A stretch of 6,775 nt of DNA from positions 1-6,775 of the IMG/VR virus record IMGVR_UViG_2671180460_000004; one strand, 5' to 3'. A program made the position numbers and the translations under genes. Below, one piece after another: positions 1-5,826 of the stretch. The first letter of the stretch is position 1. Each line of letters starts with the position of its first letter. The DNA comes from a virus. Lineage: Duplodnaviria > Heunggongvirae > Uroviricota > Caudoviricetes. The notes under the pieces are model-generated. The model saw only the letters and a program-made list of their open reading frames with translations. It made no database searches and was not told the DNA's origin.

Positions 1-95
1 ACTGGCTGGTCGTCCTGATTAACCTGGTGTTCTGCGTGCTGGTGATACGAGCACGCGGGAACGTATCAAAAATCCTTGTATTACGAAGGCGCTGA
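1..95 (+). CDS. Probable holin, C-terminal fragment (5' end lies outside the window)
   Basis: Frame 3 is open from the window start to TGA at 93-95 and reads WLVVLINLVFCVLVIRARGNVSKILVLRRR: a hydrophobic segment followed by a basic tail, as in holin C-termini. The stop lies 1 nt before the endolysin ATG at 97. Only about 30 aa are visible and no homology was recognised. Confidence 0.35.
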   Translation, partial: WLVVLINLVFCVLVIRARGNVSKILVLRRR

Positions 96-96
96 T

Positions 97-642
97 ATGA
101 AGTCGAAAGATGAAATTTTTGACGAAATTCTGGGAAAAGAGGGCGGTTACGTCAATCACCCGGATGATAAAGGTGGTCCGACTAAATGGGGCATCACTGA
201 AAAAGTTGCCCGTGCACACGGTTATCAGGGCGATATGCGTGACCTGACGCGTGGGCAGGCGCTGGAAATACTCGAGGCGGACTACTGGTACGGACCACGA
301 TTCGACCAGGTTGAGGACCTGTCTCCTGATATTGCCGCAGAGTTGTGCGATACGGGCGTGAACATGGGGCCAACTGTGGCGTCCAGAATGCTTCAGCGCT
401 GGCTGAACGTTTTCAACCTGCGCGGGAAACTCTATCCGGATATGGATGCTGATGGACGCATCGGGCCGCGTACTCTTAATGCATTACGGGCATATCTGAA
501 AAATCGCAGCAGGGATGGTGAACTGGTACTGGTGAAAGCCCTGAACTGTACGCAGGGCGAGCGTTATCTGGAGCTGGCAGAGAAACGCGAGGCCAATGAG
601 TCGTTTGTCTATGGCTGGATGAAAGAGCGCGTGGTGGTTTAA
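97..642 (+). CDS. Endolysin, glycoside hydrolase family 108 type with C-terminal peptidoglycan-binding region (181 aa)
   Basis: ATG at 97 is preceded by GAAGG at 84-88; stop TAA at 640-642. The N-terminus MKSKDEIFDEILGKEGGYVNHPDDKGGPTKWGIT matches the GH108 motif (EGGY...D...KGG.T.WGI) as I recall it. The track ORF 76..642 begins at an upstream TTG, which I consider less likely. No signal peptide or SAR-like N-terminus is visible. Confidence 0.85.
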   Translation: MKSKDEIFDEILGKEGGYVNHPDDKGGPTKWGITEKVARAHGYQGDMRDLTRGQALEILEADYWYGPRFDQVEDLSPDIAAELCDTGVNMGPTVASRMLQRWLNVFNLRGKLYPDMDADGRIGPRTLNALRAYLKNRSRDGELVLVKALNCTQGERYLELAEKREANESFVYGWMKERVVV

Positions 643-740
643 AAACTGACACTGAAGTGCTGAACACCCTCAACTCATGCAGGCTCTTTTCTGGGGCTAC
701 GATGAGCGAAAGTAAGGGGCATAGCATCAGATAGCAAAAA

Positions 741-777
741 CCCCGGCTGCGGTAACAGTCCGGGGTTTTCTGTTTCT
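741..777 (+). terminator. Rho-independent terminator
   Basis: GC-rich hairpin CCCCGGCTG / CAGTCCGGGG (741-765, one bulged T) followed by TTTTCTGTTTCT (766-777). An A-run at 736-740 precedes it, so it could act in both directions. Confidence 0.6.
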
Positions 778-802
778 GGCCCTGGGTAAGGCAAAGGAGA
801 AC

Positions 803-985
803 ATGAGGAAGTATAAACTAATTCTGTTGAGGTTGACTATGAAAAACGGCCTTGAATTAAAAGCGCCTGTAACTGATGACATCAGCAGAGCGGTGGCTTT
901 TGCCATTAAGTGGGTGGCTGTCGGTATCGCTGTGTCTCCGATTCTGTATGGGATGGCAAAATTGATCATTGCTGTGAAATCGTAA
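803..985 (+). CDS. Hypothetical small membrane protein (60 aa; alternative start ATG 839 gives 48 aa)
   Basis: AAGGAG at 795-800 is only 2 nt from ATG 803; the alternative ATG 839 has GAGG 9 nt upstream. The C-terminal half FAIKWVAVGIAVSPILYGMAKLIIAV is hydrophobic and transmembrane-like. No recognisable homology. Confidence 0.3.
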   Translation: MRKYKLILLRLTMKNGLELKAPVTDDISRAVAFAIKWVAVGIAVSPILYGMAKLIIAVKS

Positions 986-1002
986 GTGGGGCAGGGGTAA
1001 AT

Positions 1003-1137
1003 ATGTCAGATAGCATTATAAAACTGGCGCGAATTCTCTGTGTGGTTGTTGGCCTTTCATTTTCAGCAATGTTGGTTGCCATTTTCATTTCCACCGCCTG
1101 GCGAGTATTGAGCTTATCCGGATTGATTGGTGGATAG
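1003..1137 (+). CDS. Hypothetical small transmembrane protein (44 aa)
   Basis: ATG 1003 with AGGGG 6 nt upstream; stop TAG 1135-1137. Product MSDSIIKLARILCVVVGLSFSAMLVAIFISTAWRVLSLSGLIGG has one clear hydrophobic helix. The track ORF 910..1137 starts further upstream without a good RBS. Confidence 0.4.
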   Translation: MSDSIIKLARILCVVVGLSFSAMLVAIFISTAWRVLSLSGLIGG

Positions 1138-1141
1138 CGAG

Positions 1142-1324
1142 ATGAAGCGAAAACACTGGACACACAGAATGCCGCGAACGGCAGCGAAATGGGCACTGGT
1201 AGCGATACTGGTGCCTTTTTTATTGGTGGGATGCGTCAGCCTGGATAAGGCGCGTCAGTTTTTCGATACAGCTTCTCAGGTCTGTGAAATTGTCGACGGT
1301 GTCCGGCAGTGCATGCAGAACTGA
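1142..1324 (+). CDS. Predicted small lipoprotein (60 aa precursor, about 30 aa mature, Cys-containing)
   Basis: ATG 1142 with GGTGGA 7 nt upstream; it overlaps the preceding ORF in a different frame. N-terminus MKRKHWTHRMPRTAAKWALVAILVPFLLVGC has a basic n-region, a hydrophobic core and a lipobox-like LVGC. The mature part CVSLDKARQFFDTASQVCEIVDGVRQCMQN has V at +2 and two further cysteines. Confidence 0.45.
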   Translation: MKRKHWTHRMPRTAAKWALVAILVPFLLVGCVSLDKARQFFDTASQVCEIVDGVRQCMQN

Positions 1325-1486
1325 TCGCCTGTAAGAGCAGAATATTTTGCTGAAAAATGAAGGATGCGCCAGCGTCCGGAAAGCATGAAATTCTGCTGCG
1401 TGTACCAATTTTATCTTATTCATTCTAAATCTTGCCGAATCAAGCAACTGCCCGGGCGGCAAGGGGTATTTTTATCCGGAGGGGAT

Positions 1487-1711
1487 ATGAAGAGATTACT
1501 GGTAACCGTAAAGCCCTTTAACGGAACGATTCCATTCAGGGTTTTGCAGCGTGGACGTGTTCTGGTTAAGGATATCTTCAGTGGTAAATGCACGGAATGT
1601 TATTCCCGGACATATGAAGTGGATGCCACGGATGAAGAAATTTCTGTTGAATGTGATCTGAACGCGAATATGGCGGGGATTGTAACAGCCACGTTGTTGC
1701 CGGTTTCATGA
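1487..1711 (+). CDS. Hypothetical protein (74 aa) with a CxxC motif
   Basis: ATG 1487 with GGAGG 4 nt upstream; stop TGA 1709-1711. Product MKRLLVTVKPFNGTIPFRVLQRGRVLVKDIFSGKCTECYSRTYEVDATDEEISVECDLNANMAGIVTATLLPVS. The antisense ORF 1578..1925 has implausible composition. Confidence 0.45.
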   Translation: MKRLLVTVKPFNGTIPFRVLQRGRVLVKDIFSGKCTECYSRTYEVDATDEEISVECDLNANMAGIVTATLLPVS

Positions 1712-1751
1712 ATGACATAGAATGTCTCTGGGTACCCAAAAGGAGAACACT

Positions 1752-1967
1752 ATGTTTGTAGAAAATAACCTGAAGGCTGATCCTGATAATCAGGGATGGG
1801 TTCTGGGTTGGGCTGTAGTACGTGACAAACCGTGGCATCTGGTCGGTATTTATGCGACGGAGGATGGCGCAAAGTCTAAACGCTCTGAATTGAATGGGGA
1901 GTATGAAGTTCGTTATGGTTCCCATCGTTTAGGTAGTGATGATTTTATGTCTGTCGGACTTAGCTAA
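1752..1967 (+). CDS. Hypothetical protein (71 aa)
   Basis: Strong RBS AGGAG at 1741-1745, 6 nt before ATG 1752; stop TAA 1965-1967; followed by the terminator at 1989-2016. Product MFVENNLKADPDNQGWVLGWAVVRDKPWHLVGIYATEDGAKSKRSELNGEYEVRYGSHRLGSDDFMSVGLS, Trp/Gly-rich and mildly acidic. Confidence 0.6.
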   Translation: MFVENNLKADPDNQGWVLGWAVVRDKPWHLVGIYATEDGAKSKRSELNGEYEVRYGSHRLGSDDFMSVGLS

Positions 1968-1988
1968 CTGGCTGTGATGCCTGTTTGT

Positions 1989-2016
1989 AGCCCCGCAAAT
2001 GCGGGGCTTTTTATAT
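1989..2016 (+). terminator. Rho-independent terminator
   Basis: Near-perfect hairpin AGCCCCGCA-aa-TGCGGGGCT (1989-2009) followed by TTTTTAT. Confidence 0.65.
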
Positions 2017-2028
2017 TTGGAGACGATA

Positions 2029-2325
2029 ATGAAAAAAACAGAAAATAAACCGGTTGCAATTGGTGCCGCTGTTGTTCCGTTTAAGTTTGAGTTGTCTCAA
2101 CTGGTGGAGATGCGCATCAGTGATGAATGGGGTGAGGTTAAAGCCCGCGCGCAGTATGCGGATGGCGAAAATCAGTACTTACTCTACTACAAGGCTGCTG
2201 ATGGTCGCGCCACAACGGAGTGGTTTGGTGAGTCAATGCTGGAAGCAACAGAAGATGATCGCCATCCGGGCTGTCCGGTATTTGCCGGTATGAAATTACC
2301 GGAAGGCGCGGTCGTTACTGAGTAA
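2029..2325 (+). CDS. Hypothetical acidic protein (98 aa)
   Basis: GGAG at 2019-2022, 6 nt before ATG 2029; stop TAA 2323-2325. Product MKKTENKPVAIGAAVVPFKFELSQLVEMRISDEWGEVKARAQYADGENQYLLYYKAADGRATTEWFGESMLEATEDDRHPGCPVFAGMKLPEGAVVTE has about 17 acidic and 11 basic residues. The overlapping out-of-frame track ORF 2054..2293 is rejected. Confidence 0.6.
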   Translation: MKKTENKPVAIGAAVVPFKFELSQLVEMRISDEWGEVKARAQYADGENQYLLYYKAADGRATTEWFGESMLEATEDDRHPGCPVFAGMKLPEGAVVTE

Positions 2326-2539
2326 CAGCAGGCATTATCGCAGCCCTTCACTGAGGGGCCGCGATAATGTGAGGAATAAAAAACCGGTCACAGGGAGCAG
2401 CTACACAGAACCGGCTGGCGAAGACTGCCAATATCACCCGGGCATCGGTACAACATACTTATGACAATAGACGGTATTGATGTAAATGCAATATCATATC
2501 AGAAAATAATAATTTATTGTATGAAAAGAATATTGAGAT

Positions 2540-2570
2540 AAAAATGCCAACCCATTATCTATGGGCTGGC
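2540..2570 (-). terminator. Rho-independent terminator for the minus-strand gene 2597..2797
   Basis: On the minus strand: hairpin GCCAGCCCAU-agaua-AUGGGUUGGC (2570-2546; 10-bp stem with one G-U pair) followed by AUUUUUAU. It sits 26 nt beyond the gene's stop. Confidence 0.5.
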
Positions 2571-2596
2571 ATAATGATTAGTCCGAAAGTGAATAT

Positions 2597-2797
2597 TTAA
2601 AGAAACTGATTAAATTCCTTAACTGAATCATGCAGTTCGTATTCTTTCAGGTTTTTGATAATCGCTTCCCTTCGCTCTGGTGGTAGTTGAGCCATGAGGA
2701 AACCGACGACACATTTTAGCTGCCCAATTTCTTTATTGAGATCATGAATGTTTTTGGCATTACATTCCATCTGTAATCTGAAATTCTTCTTAATCAT
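2597..2797 (-). CDS. Hypothetical small protein (66 aa) encoded antisense to the late operon, in an AT-rich island
   Basis: Minus-strand ORF with ATG at 2797-2795, preceded on the minus strand by AAGGGA about 7 nt upstream. Product MIKKNFRLQMECNAKNIHDLNKEIGQLKCVVGFLMAQLPPERREAIIKNLKEYELHDSVKEFNQFL is Lys/Glu-rich and probably helical. Its own terminator lies downstream at 2540-2570. No homology recognised. Confidence 0.5.
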   Translation of the reverse strand: MIKKNFRLQMECNAKNIHDLNKEIGQLKCVVGFLMAQLPPERREAIIKNLKEYELHDSVKEFNQFL

Positions 2798-2880
2798 ATT
2801 TATTCCCTTATGATGATGTGGAAGAGGTATTTATCCTGGAGAGTGGCAGTAATGGCCACTGACCGAGCAGGTATTTTAAC

Positions 2881-2946
2881 CAGATTCATGATTAATGAAA
2901 ATATTGATAATTGATCAGATTCATATGAAATTAATAATGATAATTG
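2881..2946. repeat. Imperfect tandem direct repeat (two units of about 33-35 bp) in AT-rich DNA upstream of cosN
   Basis: Unit 1 (2881-2915) is CAGATTCATgattaatgaaaataTTGATAATTGat and unit 2 (2916-2946) is CAGATTCATatgaaattaataaTGATAATTGct. Both begin with CAGATTCAT and end with TGATAATTG. Confidence 0.4.
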
Positions 2947-2949
2947 CTC

Positions 2950-3160
2950 TCATTTGTGCGGGTCCTTCCGGTGGGGTGGCCTGCCACGGGGCGGCAGCGG
3001 CGCGGATTTTCGCTATTTATGAAAATTTTTCGGGAAAAAGCGTGTCGGTACTTCTCGTGTATAACTCATTGTTTTTTCATCAATCACATCCGTAAAAGGT
3101 CCGACATGAAAGTGCCCGAAAAAGACGTTTTTGAGCACTTCCATGTCGGACCCTGCATTT
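2950..3160 (+). other. cos: cos site: cosQ-like segment, cosN (predicted 12-nt cohesive end at 2989-3000) and cosB with three R-like elements
   Basis: 2960-3035 (GGGTCCTTCCGGTGG...CCACG GGGCGGCAGCGG CGCGGATTTTCGCTATTTATGAAAATTTTTCGG) aligns with the lambda cos junction as recalled from memory (GGGTCCTTTCCGGTG...TTACG | GGGCGGCGACCT CGCGGGTTTTCGCTATTTATGAAAATTTTCCGG). cosB candidates: an R3-like GTGTCGGTAC at 3042-3051 and a perfect 11-bp inverted repeat GGTCCGACATG (3098-3108) / CATGTCGGACC (3142-3152), laid out like lambda R3/R2/R1. The Nu1-like gene starts immediately downstream. Confidence 0.75.
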
Positions 3161-3176
3161 GATATGGAAATGTTTT

Positions 3177-3725
3177 ATGAAGGTTAATAAAAAGAAGCTC
3201 GCGGAAATTTTCAACGTGGATCCACGAACGATTGAACGCTGGCAGTCTCAGGGGCTCTCTTGTGTCTCTGGTGGTAGTAAGGGGGTTGAATCTGTATTTG
3301 ATACCGCCATGGCAATTCAGTGGTATGCGCAACGCGAAGCCGATATTGAAAACGAAAAACTCCGCAAAGAGACCGAGGATTTGCGTGCGGCTGCGGAATC
3401 AGATTTACAACCCGGCACCATTGACTATGAACGCTACCGACTCACAAAAGCACAGGCTGATGCACAGGAACTGAAAAATGCCCGCGAAGAAGGGCTGGTA
3501 CTGGAAACGGAATTGTTTACCTTCATTCTGCAACGTGTGGCACAGGAGATTTCGGGGATACTTGTACGTGTGTCGCTGACATTACAGCGTAAATATCCGG
3601 ATATTTCACCGTCACACCTTGATGTGGTGAAAACTGAAATCGCAAAAGCCTCCAACGTTGCAGCTAAAGCTGGTGAGAACGTAGGCGGGTGGATTGATGA
3701 TTTCAGACGCACAGAAGGCAGCTAA
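3177..3725 (+). CDS. nu1: Terminase small subunit (lambda Nu1 homolog, 182 aa)
   Basis: [41 protein letters not shown]... closely parallels lambda Nu1 MEVNKKQLADIFGASIRTIQNWQEQGMPVLRGGGKGNEVLY..., and later stretches match too ([32 protein letters not shown]). ATG 3177 is chosen by this alignment; the track ORF starts at TTG 3159. Stop TAA 3723-3725. Confidence 0.9.
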   Translation: MKVNKKKLAEIFNVDPRTIERWQSQGLSCVSGGSKGVESVFDTAMAIQWYAQREADIENEKLRKETEDLRAAAESDLQPGTIDYERYRLTKAQADAQELKNAREEGLVLETELFTFILQRVAQEISGILVRVSLTLQRKYPDISPSHLDVVKTEIAKASNVAAKAGENVGGWIDDFRRTEGS

Positions 3726-5613
3726 TGCAGCCGGTGCGATAGCAACAGGGCTTGTATCTCTCAATATTCCGGTACCACTGACGACAGTTCAGTGGGCTGA
3801 TCAGCATTATTATCTGCCAAAAGAGTCTTCATATACTCCCGGGCAATGGGAAACACTGCCGTTTCAGGTTGCCATCATGAACAGCATGGGGAATGACCGG
3901 ATCCGCACCGTTAATCTGATTAAATCGGCGCGTGTTGGTTACACCAAAATGCTGTTGGGGGTGGAGGCTTATTTTATTGAACACAAATCCCGTAACAGCC
4001 TGCTTTTTCAGCCGACAGATTCTGCGGCAGAAGATTTTATGAAATCCCATGTCGAACCAACGATAAGAGACGTTCCTGTATTACTGGAGCTGGCTCCGTG
4101 GTTTGGCAGAAAACATCGGGACAACACGCTTACCCTGAAACGTTTCTCCTCCGGTGTGGGATTCTGGTGTCTGGGCGGAGCTGCTGCCAAAAACTACCGT
4201 GAAAAATCTGTGGATGTGGTCTGCTATGACGAACTCTCCTCGTTTGAACCGGATGTGGAAAAAGAAGGTTCACCAACCCTGCTTGGCGATAAGCGTATCG
4301 AAGGTTCGGTATGGCCTAAATCCATACGCGGCTCAACGCCCAAAATTAAAGGTTTTTGCCAGATTGAAAAAGCCGCGAACGAATCTGCACATTTTATGCG
4401 GTTTTATGTGCCATGCCCTCATTGTGGTGAAGCCCAGTATCTGAAGTTTGGCGATGATGCGACAACCTTTGGCCTGAAATGGGAGAAGGGCAAGCCGGAG
4501 ACGGTGTATTACCTGTGTGAACATAATGGCTGCGTGATCCGTCAGTCGGAACTTGACCAGACCGACGGGCGGTGGATTTGTGACAATACCGGGATGTGGA
4601 CGCGTGACGGTCTGACATTTTACAGCGCCGGTGATGAGGAAATCCCGCCACCGCGCTCAATCTCGTACCACATCTGGACGGCATACAGCCCGTTCACCAC
4701 CTGGGTACAGATTGTTTATGACTGGCTTGATGCACTGAAGGATCCGAATGGCGTCAAGACGTTCATTAACACCACGCTGGGGGAGCCTTATGAAGAGGCT
4801 GTGGCAGAAAAACTGAGCTTTGAGTTGTTGCTGGAAAAAGTCTGCCACTATGATGCGCAGGTTCCCCTGCGGGTGGTTTACCTGACCGCAGGGATCGACT
4901 CTCAGAAAAACCGTTATGAGATTTATGTCTGGGGCTGGGCTCCTGGCGAAGAAGCTTTTCTGATTGACAAGCAGATCATCATGGGGAGACCGGAAGATGA
5001 GGACACCCTTAAACGCGTTGATGCCGTGATCCGGAAAAAATACCGTCATGCAGATGGCACTGAAATTTCCATTTCCCGCGTCTGCTGGGATACCGGTGGT
5101 ATTGACCAGGACATTGTGTATCAGCGATCCAGAAAACACGGTACTTTTTTTGTGCTCCCCATCAAAGGGGCGTCGGTGTACGGCAAGCCGGTAATCACCA
5201 TGCCAAAAAAGCGAAACCAGCGTGGGGTGTTTTTGTGTGAGGTGGGTTCCGATACCGTCAAGGAAATGCTGTATGCGCGTTTTGCACTGCCGGTGGTATC
5301 TGCCAGTGAAGTCGCACCGTATACCTTCCGTTTTCCGGATAACCCGGACATTTTTTCTGATGTTGAAGCTAAACAACTCGTGGCAGAAGAGCTGGTTGAA
5401 AAAGTTGTGAACGGGCGGGTGAAACTCCAGTGGGATGCCAGAAAACGGCGTAATGAAGCCCTGGACTGTCTGGTGTATGCCTATGCAGCGCTGCGCATTT
5501 CCGTTCAGCGGTGGCAACTGGATCTGGATGCACTGGCCCGCGCCAGAAGAGATGAACAGGACGACGATGAAATGACTATTGAAGAAATCGCGGCTGCTCT
5601 GAGTGGAGGATAA
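3697..5613 (+). CDS. A: Terminase large subunit (lambda gpA homolog, 638 aa)
   Basis: Similar to lambda gpA along its whole length, e.g. [25 protein letters not shown], the atypical Walker A-like KSARVGYT at residues 76-83 (nt 3922-3945) and the C-terminal [23 protein letters not shown] 3697 follows the TTG at 3694 used by the track. The gene overlaps the Nu1 3' end by 29 nt in another frame, as lambda Nu1/A do. Stop TAA 5611-5613. Confidence 0.95.
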   Translation: MISDAQKAANAAGAIATGLVSLNIPVPLTTVQWADQHYYLPKESSYTPGQWETLPFQVAIMNSMGNDRIRTVNLIKSARVGYTKMLLGVEAYFIEHKSRNSLLFQPTDSAAEDFMKSHVEPTIRDVPVLLELAPWFGRKHRDNTLTLKRFSSGVGFWCLGGAAAKNYREKSVDVVCYDELSSFEPDVEKEGSPTLLGDKRIEGSVWPKSIRGSTPKIKGFCQIEKAANESAHFMRFYVPCPHCGEAQYLKFGDDATTFGLKWEKGKPETVYYLCEHNGCVIRQSELDQTDGRWICDNTGMWTRDGLTFYSAGDEEIPPPRSISYHIWTAYSPFTTWVQIVYDWLDALKDPNGVKTFINTTLGEPYEEAVAEKLSFELLLEKVCHYDAQVPLRVVYLTAGIDSQKNRYEIYVWGWAPGEEAFLIDKQIIMGRPEDEDTLKRVDAVIRKKYRHADGTEISISRVCWDTGGIDQDIVYQRSRKHGTFFVLPIKGASVYGKPVITMPKKRNQRGVFLCEVGSDTVKEMLYARFALPVVSASEVAPYTFRFPDNPDIFSDVEAKQLVAEELVEKVVNGRVKLQWDARKRRNEALDCLVYAYAALRISVQRWQLDLDALARARRDEQDDDEMTIEEIAAALSGG

Positions 5614-5616
5614 GTG

Positions 5617-5826
5617 ATGATTTATACGCATGAAATGCTATGCGATGCCCGCCGGGCGTTACATGAACTGATGATCGGACGTGCTGTGGTTTCCGTCAGC
5701 AAGGACGGGCGTCAGGTTCAGTATTCGCGGGCGACAATTGGTGAACTGCGTCAGTATATTGAAGAGCTGGAAAGTGCGCTGGGTGTATCCGGACGGCGTC
5801 GTGGCCCGGCAGGAGTGTGGCTGTGA
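5617..5826 (+). CDS. W: Head-tail joining / head completion protein (lambda gpW homolog, 69 aa)
   Basis: GGAGGA at 5605-5610, 6 nt before ATG 5617. Product MIYTHEMLCDARRALHELMIGRAVVSVSKDGRQVQYSRATIGELRQYIEELESALGVSGRRRGPAGVWL aligns with lambda gpW (...[26 protein letters not shown]...YIAELE...RRRGPAGFYV). Stop TGA 5824-5826. Confidence 0.85.
   Translation: MIYTHEMLCDARRALHELMIGRAVVSVSKDGRQVQYSRATIGELRQYIEELESALGVSGRRRGPAGVWL

Noticed and set aside
19-219. Minus-strand ORF (66 aa) overlapping the endolysin start
   Set aside because: Antisense to the holin/endolysin junction; no RBS; likely a shadow ORF. The antisense ORFs at 476..727, 727..969, 966..1196, 1220..1462 and 1578..1925 are rejected on the same grounds; 727..969 also runs through the terminator hairpin.
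1364-1486. Upstream extension of the 1487..1711 gene to the track start at 1364
   Set aside because: The extension (MRQRPESMKFCCVYQFYLIHSKSCRIK...) lacks an RBS and looks like translated intergenic sequence; ATG 1487 has GGAGG upstream.
2054-2293. Alternative-frame ORF (79 aa) inside the 2029..2325 gene
   Set aside because: No RBS, Arg/Leu/Ser-rich out-of-frame composition; the 2029 frame has a proper Shine-Dalgarno and protein-like composition.
2337-2414. Two hairpins downstream of the 98-aa gene: 2337-2365 (10-bp stem, one mismatch) and a possible minus-strand hairpin with U-tract at 2376-2414
   Set aside because: The first has no U-tract on either strand; the second has only a 5-bp stem and a 21-nt loop. 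Neither is a convincing terminator, though they might modestly affect transcript stability.
2461-2541. 26-codon ORF (MTIDGIDVNAISYQKIIIYCMKRILR) in the AT-rich island
   Set aside because: No Shine-Dalgarno, very short, and such ORFs arise easily by chance in AT-rich DNA.
2895-3162. Two + strand ORFs (2895..3095 and 2944..3162) spanning the cos region
   Set aside because: They cross the sequence aligned to lambda cosN/cosB, which is noncoding; no RBS; the translations are low-complexity.
4657-5631. Long minus-strand ORF (324 aa) inside the terminase large subunit gene
   Set aside because: It is entirely antisense to a gene with strong full-length similarity to lambda gpA; the translation is Cys/His-rich and looks like a shadow ORF.
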